Shown: positions 17,411 to 28,098, counted from the first letter of the stretch. The stretch is 64,000 bases of DNA from Candidatus Kaiserbacteria bacterium (GCA_017134395.1 CP070993.1:189656-253655), one strand, 5' to 3'. Translations and numbers: made by a program. Notes: a model not told the origin generated them from the letters alone.

Positions 17411-17743
17411 ATGTCTGTTAGAAAGCATTACATTATTATTGGTAATAGGCGACATGGGTACACACTCTATCCCGCACAAAAAGTGACAACTCTTGTTTGC
17501 AAGAGCGCAAATATATCAGCACGGTTTCCTAATGAGGAAATCCCAAATATTCTTGCTGATTTACCTCAAGCAATCTTAGAGCGATACGGGACAGTTGAGA
17601 GTGAGCCGCAAACTGAAGTTCTTCGGTTTCGAGTCTCAGAAAGTGAGAAGGAGCAGATAGAACAAAACGCCTATGACGCTGGTTACGAATATGTTTCCGC
17701 ATATTTACGTGATGTGTCGCTGCAAAGAACAGACACCAATTAA
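17411..17743 (+). CDS. hypothetical protein with a C-terminal ribbon-helix-helix (CopG/MobC/Arc-like) DNA-binding motif
   Basis: C-terminus VLRFRVSESEKEQIEQNAYDAGYEYVSAYLRD fits the RHH beta-strand/helix-A/helix-B pattern. Sits between grpE and dnaK. Confidence 0.5.
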   Translation: MSVRKHYIIIGNRRHGYTLYPAQKVTTLVCKSANISARFPNEEIPNILADLPQAILERYGTVESEPQTEVLRFRVSESEKEQIEQNAYDAGYEYVSAYLRDVSLQRTDTN

Positions 17744-17774
17744 GACTTAAAAGATACTAATTAACTAACATACT

Positions 17775-19694
17775 ATGTCTAAAATTTTAGGAATCGACCT
17801 CGGTACTACAAACTCAGCAATGGCTATTGTTGAAGGCGGAGAACCAGTAATAGTTGAAAACACCGAAGGAGCACGAACGACACCATCTATCGTTGGTATT
17901 TCTAAGAATGGAGAGCGTATGGTAGGAGTTCTCGCAAAGCGTCAAGCTGTAACGAACCCACAAAACACCATTTTTGGTGTAAAGCGTTTTGTAGGACACA
18001 AATTCACTGACGCGTCAGTGCAAAAAGATAAAGATATCGTCCCGTACGAACTTAAAGAAGGAACAGATAAAGGAGTTATGATTACGCTTTCAGGCAAAGA
18101 GTATCGACCTGAAGAAGTTTCAGCAATGATTCTTCAAAAACTTAAAGCAGATGCTGAAAAGAAAACGGGTGAGACGATAACAGAGGCGGTCATTACAGTA
18201 CCTGCATACTTTGATGATGCTCAGCGTAAGGCAACGAAAGATGCGGGTAAAATCGCGGGACTTGATGTAAAACGCATCATTAACGAACCAACGGCTGCTG
18301 CTCTTGCGTATGGCTTCAATAAGAAGAATGACGAACAAATAGTCGTATTCGACTTTGGTGGTGGAACCTTTGATGTATCAGTACTAGAAGTTGCAGATGA
18401 CGTAATTGAAGTAAAAGCGACAGACGGTGACTCACACATGGGAGGACGCGATATTGACCAAAAAATTATAACGTGGATCGTAGATGAATTTAAGAAAGAG
18501 TCGGGTATTGATGTAAGTAAAGATGCTCTTGCCCTTCAGCGTCTTGATGAAGCAGCCGAGAAAGCGAAGATTGAACTCTCTACTGCAGCAGAATCAGAAA
18601 TAAATATTCCATTTATTACCTCAGATGAATCTGGTCCAAAACACCTTATTTTAAAGCTCACTCGGGCAACTCTTGAAGAGCTTGCAGATGAATACGTACA
18701 GCAAGCGCTTGCCATTACAAAGCGAGCAGTGGAGGCAAGTCCTTTTGAAATTAATGATATCGATGAGGTAATTCTTGTTGGTGGACAGACTCGAATGCCT
18801 ATCATTGTTGAGAAAGTGAAAGAGCTGTTTGGCAAAGAACCAAATAAATCTATCAACCCGGATGAAGTAGTAGCGCTTGGAGCCGCACTACAAGGTGGCA
18901 TTCTACAAGGAGACGTTAAGGATGTGCTCTTGCTTGATGTTATTCCACTTTCATTAGGAATTGAAACTATGGGCGGTATTGCAACGAAGCTTATTGAACG
19001 AAACACAACAATCCCAACAAGTAAATCTCAAATATTCTCTACGGCAGCTGAGAACCAACCTTCAGTTGAGATTGTAGTATCACAAGGAGAACGTGAAATG
19101 GCAGCAGACAATAAAATTCTTGGACGCTTTGTACTTGATGGTATTGCGCCTGCTCCACGTGGTGTTCCTCAAATTGAAGTTACTTTTGACATCGATGCAA
19201 ACGGTATCTTGCAAGTGAAAGCGCTAGACAAGGGAACCAGCAAAGAACAATCAATTCGTATTGAAGGAAGCTCGGGGCTATCAGAAGAAGAAGTAGAGAA
19301 AATGAAAGCCGATGCTGAGGCGCACGCTGATGAGGATAAGAAAAAACGAGAGATTATTGAAGTGAAGAATACCTCAGAACAAATTGTGTACGCTGCTGAA
19401 AAAGCACTCAAAGAACATGGAGAAAAAGTTGACGAAGCAATTACAAAAGATATTACAGAAAAAATTGATGTACTAAAGAAAGCACGCGAAGGTGATGACG
19501 TAGCTGCTATTACTACAGCCTCAGAAGGCCTCAGTGCTGCTATAAGTAAGATTGGAGAAGCAATGGCCAAGCAAGCAGAAACAACACAACCTGAAGGTTC
19601 TGAAGAGTCAAAAGAAGATGCTCCTGAAGATCAAAAAGACGCAGGTGAACAAGAACGTGATGCAGAGTTTGACGAGACTGATGAGAAGAAGTAG
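17775..19694 (+). CDS. dnaK: molecular chaperone DnaK (Hsp70)
   Basis: Motifs [29 protein letters not shown] and a C-terminal acidic tail. Confidence 0.97.
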   Translation: MSKILGIDLGTTNSAMAIVEGGEPVIVENTEGARTTPSIVGISKNGERMVGVLAKRQAVTNPQNTIFGVKRFVGHKFTDASVQKDKDIVPYELKEGTDKGVMITLSGKEYRPEEVSAMILQKLKADAEKKTGETITEAVITVPAYFDDAQRKATKDAGKIAGLDVKRIINEPTAAALAYGFNKKNDEQIVVFDFGGGTFDVSVLEVADDVIEVKATDGDSHMGGRDIDQKIITWIVDEFKKESGIDVSKDALALQRLDEAAEKAKIELSTAAESEINIPFITSDESGPKHLILKLTRATLEELADEYVQQALAITKRAVEASPFEINDIDEVILVGGQTRMPIIVEKVKELFGKEPNKSINPDEVVALGAALQGGILQGDVKDVLLLDVIPLSLGIETMGGIATKLIERNTTIPTSKSQIFSTAAENQPSVEIVVSQGEREMAADNKILGRFVLDGIAPAPRGVPQIEVTFDIDANGILQVKALDKGTSKEQSIRIEGSSGLSEEEVEKMKADAEAHADEDKKKREIIEVKNTSEQIVYAAEKALKEHGEKVDEAITKDITEKIDVLKKAREGDDVAAITTASEGLSAAISKIGEAMAKQAETTQPEGSEESKEDAPEDQKDAGEQERDAEFDETDEKK

Positions 19695-19706
19695 TCTGAT
19701 GGCACA

Positions 19707-20783
19707 ATGAAAGATTATTACCAAATCCTCGGATTACAAAAGAGTGCAACTGATTCTGAAATAAAGAAAGCATTTCGTGCACTCGCACAAAAATACCATC
19801 CAGATAAAAAGACTGGCGACGAAGCTAGATTCAAAGAAGCCAGTGAAGCCTACGCAGTACTTGGAGATAAAAAGAAGCGTGCTGAGTACGATACCTACGG
19901 ACGTACGTTTGCTGGCGGTGGACAACAACAAGGTGCTAGCTTTGGCGGGTTTGATTTCTCACAATTCCAACAAGGGTTCGGCGGCGGTGCCGATGGCGTT
20001 GAATTTGACCTTGGTGATATATTCAGTGAAGTATTTGGAGGTGGCGGAAGATCGCAAGCACGTCGCGGGCGAGACATTTCGATGGACCTCGAGCTTGATT
20101 TTAAAGATGCTGCCTTCGGCATAGAAAGAACAGTACTCTTAAACAAAGTTGGCTATTGTAGTGAATGTGAGGGGAGCGGTGCCAAAGACAAACGAGATGT
20201 GAAAACATGTACCACCTGCAACGGTAAAGGTTCTGTACACGAAACACGCCGTTCAGTACTAGGTACCTTTACCAGTGCACGAGAATGTAAGGAGTGTCAT
20301 GGTATCGGAAAGATTCCTAAAACTCCTTGCAAAACTTGTAAAGGGAAGGGTGTACTCCAAAAACAAGAAGAAATTAAGCTCGCGATTCCTGCCGGAATTG
20401 ATAATGGCGAAATGATTCGTCTTATGGGAAAAGGAGAGGCTGTGCAAGGAGGTACCGCAGGAGATTTATATATAAAGATACATGTGCGTCCGCATAAAGA
20501 TTTTGTTCGCAGCGGGAAAGATATTCGTATGAGTTTGAATGTAAAGCTCACTGATGCACTTTTAGGAAGTACGTACACGATTCCTACTCTTGAAAAGAAT
20601 GTAGATCTTAAAATTCCAGCAGGTATTACGCACGGCGAGGTGCTGAGGATAAAAGGCAAGGGAATACCTCGTGAAGACAGTAGCCGAGGAGACCTCCTCG
20701 TTGCGGTTCATATAGATCTTCCGAAAAAATTATCGCGTTCTGCAAAAAAACTTATCGAGGGGCTACGAGACGCAGGTATCTAA
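19707..20783 (+). CDS. dnaJ: molecular chaperone DnaJ
   Basis: J-domain with HPD (YHPDKK), a G/F-rich region, and four CxxCxGxG zinc-finger repeats. Confidence 0.95.
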   Translation: MKDYYQILGLQKSATDSEIKKAFRALAQKYHPDKKTGDEARFKEASEAYAVLGDKKKRAEYDTYGRTFAGGGQQQGASFGGFDFSQFQQGFGGGADGVEFDLGDIFSEVFGGGGRSQARRGRDISMDLELDFKDAAFGIERTVLLNKVGYCSECEGSGAKDKRDVKTCTTCNGKGSVHETRRSVLGTFTSARECKECHGIGKIPKTPCKTCKGKGVLQKQEEIKLAIPAGIDNGEMIRLMGKGEAVQGGTAGDLYIKIHVRPHKDFVRSGKDIRMSLNVKLTDALLGSTYTIPTLEKNVDLKIPAGITHGEVLRIKGKGIPREDSSRGDLLVAVHIDLPKKLSRSAKKLIEGLRDAGI

Positions 20784-20792
20784 AATATCTGT

Positions 20793-21533
20793 ATGTCACA
20801 GTTTTCTTCTTTCTCAATACGGAAAATACAGCTTTTAACACCATCGCTTCTACAAGGTTTTGCGTGGCCGTTCGGTCGCTTTGCAGTACATTTTTTTACC
20901 CATCTTACAATAGAGGGTAAAGAGAACATAAAAAAAGCATCGCACTATAGGAAACAAAACGATGTCGGTACTATTTTTGTAGTAAACCACACACATGAGC
21001 TCGATTTTCTCTTTCCTCTTGTTGGAGTGTCACCATTATCATCCCTATTCCCCATGTTCTATGTTGCGCATGCGAGAAAAAAGTATAGTGAAAAAACTGG
21101 ATTCGGACTCAGGCGATATATTTATAGCTTTCCTGCTTTTCTAACATCATGGGGTGCGCATCCATATATCGCAGATCAAAAGGATTACAGTAAATCAATG
21201 CCCTATCACGAAATTTTATTGCGTAATAAAAAAAGTGTTTGTATCTTTCCCGAAGGAGGAATACGAAAAGAAGGTGCGGACCGGAAAATCCGTGGAGGGG
21301 TAGCTTACCTTGCTGAAGCAACAGGAGCGGCAATTCTTCCTATAGCCATTTCAGGTGCAAAAGGTATGAATTCACGCTCCTTCTTTAAGAGAGAGAAGAT
21401 GATTACTATAAAATATTTACCGCCACTTTTCATAAAGGATATCGAAGATACTACTCTACCAATACCTGAACGCTACAAAGATTCTGCAAAAAAACTAATG
21501 AATATCATTGAACAGAAAGTAAAAACTAACTAA
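20793..21533 (+). CDS. lysophospholipid (1-acyl-sn-glycerol-3-phosphate) acyltransferase family protein, PlsC-like
   Basis: HX4D motif (VNHTHELD) and an FPEGG motif. Confidence 0.65.
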   Translation: MSQFSSFSIRKIQLLTPSLLQGFAWPFGRFAVHFFTHLTIEGKENIKKASHYRKQNDVGTIFVVNHTHELDFLFPLVGVSPLSSLFPMFYVAHARKKYSEKTGFGLRRYIYSFPAFLTSWGAHPYIADQKDYSKSMPYHEILLRNKKSVCIFPEGGIRKEGADRKIRGGVAYLAEATGAAILPIAISGAKGMNSRSFFKREKMITIKYLPPLFIKDIEDTTLPIPERYKDSAKKLMNIIEQKVKTN

Positions 21534-21576
21534 CATAGCCACATAAAACGAACCTGATAACTGCTATACTTTTATC

Positions 21577-22737
21577 ATGGGTTCACTTTTTAAATTAATC
21601 TCGCATACGGCTCGAGATTTGGTTGATTTACTTATTCCTCAGCAAGGATACAAGGATATGTATTCATTTGCTTTTCTTGTACATCCTCGAGATGAACGAG
21701 ATATGCATAGACGTTTCCCATTCCTAGCTAAAACACCTGCATGGCTCAAACGTTTGATACAACATCATTTTTGGCCTATTACAGTCTCACATATAACAGG
21801 ATTACAGTCTGCGGAGAGCGGAGAAGAAATTCCTGGGTTTGTAATTACAATCCCGATGACCGCTGATGAAATGTTAAAAAACCGAGAGCGTGCTAAAAAA
21901 CAAATAATTCGTGCTACTACATTAGCTCGCAATAAGGGTTCAAAAATTGTAGGTCTTGGTGCACTTACTTCCTCATTGTCTCGCGGAGGACTAGACTTAC
22001 TAGAAATAAACGGTATCGCCGTAACGACAGGACATGCGTATACTGGCTACACGGTAACACAGACACTACTGAAGCAACTAAATGACGCACAAGTCAATTA
22101 CAAAGAAACGGATCATCCTATTGGAATAGTTGGAGCCGCTGGATCAGTTGGTTCTATTTCGGCAGAAATTCTTGTACATGCTGGAGTAAAATCTCTTCTT
22201 CTTATTGATATAGATAGAAAGATGGAGTCAGTAAACAATTTAAAAACGCAACTGATTTCTTTAAATCCAAACCTAAAAATTGAATGTAGCACAAACATGG
22301 GAATACTAAAAAATGCACTTGGAGTTATTACTGCAACAAACGCACCAGATACCTTGGTAAAAGACGAACACATTTCTGCTGGCACAATTATTGTAGATGA
22401 TGCACAACCAAGTGATATATCTCCAGAATTATATGACAGGGAAGACGTGCTGGTTCTTGAGGCTGGTGCGGTTCATACACCCAACATATCTACCAACTTC
22501 AATATGGGACTTGCTAATCGCAATGATAACTTCTGCTGTCTGGCAGAAGTCCTGATTCTGGCTTCTAAAAAGCACGCCCACAACTTTGTAATAAATAGAG
22601 CAACTCTTAGTGACGTCGAGCACATACGAAAAGGCGGTGATGAATTAGGCTTTACACTTGCAGAAGCGCAAAATGAGCATGGGGTCATTCATAAAGAAAA
22701 AATACAACGAGTAGCATCACTTGCCCAAAAACGCTAA
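21577..22737 (+). CDS. NAD(P)-binding oxidoreductase resembling cyanobacterial acyl-ACP reductase (AAR family)
   Basis: Co-linear with AAR as I remember it: FAFLVH..., GLGALTS, TTGHAYTGYTV, Rossmann IGIVGAAGSVGS, and a NFCCLAEVLIL block that aligns to the AAR catalytic-Cys region (QMFACFAEAMLL). Confidence 0.5.
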   Translation: MGSLFKLISHTARDLVDLLIPQQGYKDMYSFAFLVHPRDERDMHRRFPFLAKTPAWLKRLIQHHFWPITVSHITGLQSAESGEEIPGFVITIPMTADEMLKNRERAKKQIIRATTLARNKGSKIVGLGALTSSLSRGGLDLLEINGIAVTTGHAYTGYTVTQTLLKQLNDAQVNYKETDHPIGIVGAAGSVGSISAEILVHAGVKSLLLIDIDRKMESVNNLKTQLISLNPNLKIECSTNMGILKNALGVITATNAPDTLVKDEHISAGTIIVDDAQPSDISPELYDREDVLVLEAGAVHTPNISTNFNMGLANRNDNFCCLAEVLILASKKHAHNFVINRATLSDVEHIRKGGDELGFTLAEAQNEHGVIHKEKIQRVASLAQKR

Positions 22738-22745
22738 CCTTCATT

Positions 22746-24395
22746 ATGAATCTTTCATTCGACACGATAAACGCACTTATTGCCCTCGCTACTGTAGCGA
22801 ACCTGCTGTATGGATTTCTCGTATATAAGAGAAACAGTGCTTCAGCAAGTAATATAGCTTTCTTCTTGCTTACCATTGCAGTCACGGGGTGGGGAGTGAC
22901 GATGATTATTTTTCGTAGCACAACAGCTATCGAAATAGCATTAAACGCGTCCTATTGGCTTTATGCCGCTGCGGCTGCAATACCAACATTCTTTTTATTA
23001 TTTGCCATATTGTTTCCAAGTGAGAAGTATGTTCTAGAATCAAAACACACTGCTTATATTTTTATCCCGTTTAGCCTAGTCCTTTTTTCTATTTTCTACC
23101 CTGACCTATTTATAAAAACTGTAATCTTTGAAACAGGTAAGGAGCATGCAATCGTCTTCGAGCCATTTTTACATATTGGATACGCCTTATATGTGAGCGG
23201 GATGTTTTTAGCCAGTTTTTTTGTTCTTATTAGAAAATATGCAAAGAGCGCTGGAATACTGCGCTCACAAGTTATATATATCTTGATAGGAGCTTTAGTA
23301 CCAACCTTCGTTGGCTTATTTTCAAATCTTCTCCTACCAATCATGGGAGAATTTCGTTGGAATTGGATGGGGCAAATTAGCATAGCAGTAACAACCGGGA
23401 TAATAACGTACGGTATTCTTCGCCATCGTATATTTAACATACGAATTATTGCAACAGAAATTCTTATTTTTATAGTATGGTTTATTGCGTTCTTACGAAT
23501 AATTTTTTCAGATACTCCCCCTGCTGTTATATTCAATACAGTCGCGTTTCTTGCACTCGTAACTGTTGGATTCTGGCTCGTACGAAGCGTATCTAGAGAA
23601 GTCGATACGAGAGAAGAGTTAGAGGTTCTTACTAAACAATTAAAAAAAGCAAATGGTCGTCTTAAAGAACTTGATAGACAGAAGTCAGAATTCCTTTCAA
23701 TAGCAACTCATCAACTTCGTGGTCCACTGGCAGGTATACGTGGGCATCTATCATTAGTTATAGACGGCTCATACGGAGAAATTCCACAAAAGGCACTGAC
23801 TATCATAGCGAAGGTATTCGAGGCAAGTGGTACTCTTACGGGGACAATAAACGATTTTCTTAACGTTTCTCGTATTGAACAAGGTCGTATGCAATACGAT
23901 AAAGAGCACTTCCGTTGTAGTGAATTGGTAAAAGACATCACCGAAGAACTCCAGCCAGTGGCACAAGCGAGGAAACTTGAACTCAAATTCGTAAATAAGT
24001 GTATAGGAACGTGTGGGATATATGCTGACAAGAATAAGTTGCGACATATATTTACAAACCTCATTGATAACGCAATTAAATATACCGAAAAGGGTTGGGT
24101 GAAAGTAACCGTATACGATGATGAAAAAGAAGAGAGGATACGCGTAGAAGTATCAGATAGTGGAATTGGAATAAACACAACAGAAAAGGAGGAGCTCTTC
24201 CAAAAGTTTGTAAGAGCACGTGGTGCTTCAGGAATAAATGTAAATGGGACAGGATTAGGACTCTACGTCGCTCGTCAAATGGTCGAAGCGCATAAGGGTA
24301 AAATATGGGCAGAATCAGAAGGCGAAGGTAAAGGATCGACGTTTATCGTAGAATTGCCAACAGCTACTGATACACCGGATGCGGAAGAGAAATAG
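22746..24395 (+). CDS. sensor histidine kinase with a polytopic N-terminal membrane domain; no cognate response regulator adjacent
   Basis: About 8 TM helices, then an H-box (SIATHQLRGPL) and an HATPase_c domain (DNAIKYT...GTGLGLYVARQMVEAHKGKIWAESEGEGKGSTF). Confidence 0.85.
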   Translation: MNLSFDTINALIALATVANLLYGFLVYKRNSASASNIAFFLLTIAVTGWGVTMIIFRSTTAIEIALNASYWLYAAAAAIPTFFLLFAILFPSEKYVLESKHTAYIFIPFSLVLFSIFYPDLFIKTVIFETGKEHAIVFEPFLHIGYALYVSGMFLASFFVLIRKYAKSAGILRSQVIYILIGALVPTFVGLFSNLLLPIMGEFRWNWMGQISIAVTTGIITYGILRHRIFNIRIIATEILIFIVWFIAFLRIIFSDTPPAVIFNTVAFLALVTVGFWLVRSVSREVDTREELEVLTKQLKKANGRLKELDRQKSEFLSIATHQLRGPLAGIRGHLSLVIDGSYGEIPQKALTIIAKVFEASGTLTGTINDFLNVSRIEQGRMQYDKEHFRCSELVKDITEELQPVAQARKLELKFVNKCIGTCGIYADKNKLRHIFTNLIDNAIKYTEKGWVKVTVYDDEKEERIRVEVSDSGIGINTTEKEELFQKFVRARGASGINVNGTGLGLYVARQMVEAHKGKIWAESEGEGKGSTFIVELPTATDTPDAEEK

Positions 24396-24425
24396 CGCTT
24401 TCCAAAGCCGTTCAATGCTGCTACC

Positions 24426-25382
24426 ATGCCTATTATCATGCAGGAAAAAAAGCGATTACTCACCGGCTTACAGCCTTCAGGGACACTCCATATAGGAAAT
24501 TACTTTGGTGCACTTAAGCCATTTGTGGATTTATACGATTCATACGATAGCTACTTGATGGTTGTTGACTATCATGCGCTTACTACAATGCGAGACCCTG
24601 AACAATTACAACAGAACATTCGCAATATTGTTAAAGACTATCTTGCTGTTGGTGTTGATCCCGAAAAAATTACTTTGTTTAAACAATCAGACGTAGCGGC
24701 ACACACTGAACTAGCGTGGATTTTTGAATGCTTAGTGACTGTACCATTTCTTATGCAAGCACATTCATACAAAGACAAAGTTGCAAAAGGACTAGAAGCG
24801 AACGCCGGATTATTTAATTATCCAATGCTTATGGCGGCCGATATTCTTCTCTATGACACACAAGTAGTCCCTGTAGGGGAAGACCAACGGCAACACATAG
24901 AGTACGCACGTGAAGCAGCACATAAGTTTAATAATGCATTTGGAGAAACATTCACTGCGCCAAAAGAACATATCGTTGACGGTGTAGGTGTTGTTCCTGG
25001 AACTGATGGAAAGAAGATGAGTAAAAGCTACGGGAATACTATTCCATTGTTTGGTACAAAAGAGGAAATCACTAAAGCAGTAATGGGAATTGTAACTGAT
25101 TCATCTGGCGGGCGTCCGGAGAATGTATACGCGATACATAAGTTATTGCGATCAGAATCAGAACTAGAAACCCTCTACAAAGAAAAAGAAGGTAATTACA
25201 AAGAGTTAAAGGAGGCACTCATCGAAGACATTGAAACGTTAGTTGCACCAATGCGAGAAAAACGAGATAGCATCACTGATGAACAAGTACGAGAGGCTCT
25301 TGCATCTGGTGCAGAGAAAGCACGAGCATACGCTCACGTAAAGATGCAAGATGTTAAAAACAAAATTGGTGTAACAGTATAA
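24426..25382 (+). CDS. trpS: tryptophanyl-tRNA synthetase
   Basis: HIGNYFGAL (HIGH-like) and KMSKS motifs. 318 aa. Confidence 0.9.
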   Translation: MPIIMQEKKRLLTGLQPSGTLHIGNYFGALKPFVDLYDSYDSYLMVVDYHALTTMRDPEQLQQNIRNIVKDYLAVGVDPEKITLFKQSDVAAHTELAWIFECLVTVPFLMQAHSYKDKVAKGLEANAGLFNYPMLMAADILLYDTQVVPVGEDQRQHIEYAREAAHKFNNAFGETFTAPKEHIVDGVGVVPGTDGKKMSKSYGNTIPLFGTKEEITKAVMGIVTDSSGGRPENVYAIHKLLRSESELETLYKEKEGNYKELKEALIEDIETLVAPMREKRDSITDEQVREALASGAEKARAYAHVKMQDVKNKIGVTV

Positions 25383-25384
25383 TT

Positions 25385-26710
25385 ATGGAAAGAACCACAA
25401 TCGGAGATATTTCAGCACACAAAGGAAAAAAGGTACACATCAAAGGATGGGTAGATGTTCGACGCGATCACGGGAAATTGATGTTTCTTGTCTTGCGAGA
25501 TAGAAGTGGCACAGTGCAAGCTATTATAAAAGATGGCATTGAGGCTTTCACAAAGGCACAGAAATTACGCGAACAGTGGGTAGTAAGTATCCAGGGAATT
25601 GTTACTGAGCGGCCAGAAAAAATGATCAAGGATGAGCAAAATGGGGATGTAGAGTTACTCATAGAGGATCTGCAAATTCTTTCAGAAGCTGCGGAACTTC
25701 CCTTTGATATGGAAGCTGAATTAAATCTCGACACCTACCTCGACAACATGCCGCTAACACTACGAACACAGCGTGCGCGAGACGTTTTTACAATTCAAGC
25801 AACTATAACTGAAGCGTTCCGAGGCTTCCTACGAGATAATGGATTTACTGAGTACCAAGCGCCGGCGCTTGTAGGTGGAGATGCTGAAGGTGGAGCTTCG
25901 GCCTTTAAAGTGAATTACTATAACGATAAGGATGCCTACTTAGCAACGAGCCCACAGCTCTATAAACAAATTATGGTTGGAGTTTTTGAAAGAGTTTTCA
26001 GTATCGGGAAAGTATTCCGAGGAGAAGAACATGCGACATCGCGACATATTTCTGAATATTCTTCTTTGGACTTTGAGATGGGGTTCATTGAGGACCACAA
26101 AGATGTAATGGAAATGACTCAAGCCGTTTACACTTACATTTCTAAAACAATCGCAGAACGTCATGCTGACATACTGAAGCGATTCGGCATTGAAGCACCT
26201 AAAACTCCAGAAAAGTTCCCAGTGCTGAAATTAAGCGAGGCTCAAGAAATCATTGAGAAAGAATTTGGAGGTAAAGCAGTTGGCGAACCAGACCTAGAAC
26301 CAGAGCATGAGCGACAGCTATCTGAATGGGCTCTCAAAAACCATGATTCTGATTTTGTGTTTATTACACATTATCCAGTATCAAAGCGCCCATTCTATAC
26401 ATACGAAGATAAAGACGAACCAGGGACTACAAAAAGTTTTGACCTATTGTTCCGCGGTCTTGAAATCACCACCGGAGGACAGCGAGTACATGACCATGAC
26501 GAAATGATAGAAAAAATAAAGGAAAAGGGAATGAACCCAGACCTCTTTTCTTTCTATCTGCAGGCATTTAAGTACGGCATGCCACCACACGGTGGTACAG
26601 GTAACGGACTTGAACGTGTAACTGAACTTATGCTTGGTCTAAAAAATATCCGTGAAGCAACGCTCTTCCCTCGCGACATGAATCGCATTGATACTCGCCT
26701 TTCAGAATAA
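25385..26710 (+). CDS. aspS: aspartyl-tRNA synthetase, archaeal/type-2-like
   Basis: Class IIb. The C-terminal block GGQRVHDHDEMIEKIKEKGMNPDLFSFYLQAFKYGMPPHGGTGNGLERVTELMLGLKNIREATLFPRD is close to archaeal AspRS. 441 aa. Confidence 0.75.
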   Translation: MERTTIGDISAHKGKKVHIKGWVDVRRDHGKLMFLVLRDRSGTVQAIIKDGIEAFTKAQKLREQWVVSIQGIVTERPEKMIKDEQNGDVELLIEDLQILSEAAELPFDMEAELNLDTYLDNMPLTLRTQRARDVFTIQATITEAFRGFLRDNGFTEYQAPALVGGDAEGGASAFKVNYYNDKDAYLATSPQLYKQIMVGVFERVFSIGKVFRGEEHATSRHISEYSSLDFEMGFIEDHKDVMEMTQAVYTYISKTIAERHADILKRFGIEAPKTPEKFPVLKLSEAQEIIEKEFGGKAVGEPDLEPEHERQLSEWALKNHDSDFVFITHYPVSKRPFYTYEDKDEPGTTKSFDLLFRGLEITTGGQRVHDHDEMIEKIKEKGMNPDLFSFYLQAFKYGMPPHGGTGNGLERVTELMLGLKNIREATLFPRDMNRIDTRLSE

Positions 26711-26715
26711 CGTAT

Positions 26716-28098
26716 ATGAAATTCCACATTAACCAAAGTCCTACAAAAAAGCACGTAAAGGTTTCTTTTGATGCGAAAGAAACCCTGCGCGTAAGCGAAG
26801 ATACTATCCGTATTGGTGTAGAAGGTGCAAAAAAGATTTCAATGAAAAAGTTTTCACGCCTTGCACGAAGTGTAGTGCGTACTGCACATATGCATCGCGC
26901 GCCACAACTAACCATAGCCTGGGATGAATTCACGCAGTTTCCTGTGCTTGCTAATTTTTCTGATGCTGAACTTGCAGAGCGCATCGCAATAGAAATGCTT
27001 CTTGCAAACTACTCTTTTACTGAATACAAGACAACACCAAAAAATGGATGGCCAACAGTCAAAGATGTTCTTCTCACTGATGTCCCAACAAAGAGTCTTT
27101 CCACTGTAAAGTCAGCACTAGCACGCGCTACTATTATTGGAGAAGAGATAAATGCTGCACGAACTCTTGCAAACACTCCCGGGTGCGATATGCCACCAAA
27201 AAAGATTTCATTCGCTGCACAAAAAGCTGCAAAAGGTATCGCTGGGTTAAAAGTAAGCGTCTTGGGTACAAAGGAAATGACAAAACTAGGCATGGGGGCA
27301 ATTCTTGGTGTAGGCCAAGGTTCGGTGCATGAGCCACAATTTATCGTACTTGAATATTCTGGAGGAAAAAAAGGCGAAAAACCTTTGGCCCTGGTAGGAA
27401 AAGGTATCACCTACGATACAGGTGGACTGGGCCTCAAACCGGCAGACGCCATGATGGGTATGCATATGGATATGACAGGAGGTGCACTGGTAATGCATGC
27501 AATTATCCTTGCCGCACGATTAAAAACTAAAAAGAATATTGTGGCTGTGGTTGCTGCAGCTGAAAATGCTGTTGGCAAAGAAAGTTACCGCATGGGGGAT
27601 ATTCTCAAAGGGATGTCAGGAAAAATGATAGAAGTACGTCATACAGACGCAGAAGGTCGTCTTGTGCTATCTGATGCGCTTACGTACGTACAGAAAAAAC
27701 ATAAACCGGGTCTTATTATAGATGTCGCGACTCTTACTGGTGCTGCATTAGTCGCACTGGGTCAGTCTGCTTCAATACTTCTTTCGCGCGACGAAAAGTT
27801 AGCTTGGGATATACATCTCAAAGGAAATGCTGTCGGTGACTATACGTGGCCGCTACCTTTATGGGATGATTTTAAACCAGAACTTGAAAGTAAGGTTGCA
27901 GACATATCAAACATCGGAAGAACACGCTATGGCGGCACAATAAATGGCGGTATGTTCTTAGGAGAATTTGTAGATGAAAAGCAGCCATGGGTGCACATAG
28001 ATATTGCACCTCGCATGGAGGCAGTAGAAGGAGACCAACTCGCGGACGGTGCAACAGGAGAGCCAATGCGCCTACTTCTTGCATTAGCCCAAGACTAA
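26716..28098 (+). CDS. pepA: leucyl aminopeptidase (M17 family)
   Basis: VGKGITYDTGG and HTDAEGRL M17 signatures. Confidence 0.9.
   Translation: MKFHINQSPTKKHVKVSFDAKETLRVSEDTIRIGVEGAKKISMKKFSRLARSVVRTAHMHRAPQLTIAWDEFTQFPVLANFSDAELAERIAIEMLLANYSFTEYKTTPKNGWPTVKDVLLTDVPTKSLSTVKSALARATIIGEEINAARTLANTPGCDMPPKKISFAAQKAAKGIAGLKVSVLGTKEMTKLGMGAILGVGQGSVHEPQFIVLEYSGGKKGEKPLALVGKGITYDTGGLGLKPADAMMGMHMDMTGGALVMHAIILAARLKTKKNIVAVVAAAENAVGKESYRMGDILKGMSGKMIEVRHTDAEGRLVLSDALTYVQKKHKPGLIIDVATLTGAALVALGQSASILLSRDEKLAWDIHLKGNAVGDYTWPLPLWDDFKPELESKVADISNIGRTRYGGTINGGMFLGEFVDEKQPWVHIDIAPRMEAVEGDQLADGATGEPMRLLLALAQD

Noticed and set aside
18221-19570. Several long antisense ORFs inside dnaK (Ser/Ala-rich), and similar ones inside clpB, the P-type ATPase and alaS
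   Set aside because: They are typical shadow ORFs on the opposite strand of highly expressed genes. Low-complexity composition and no signals.
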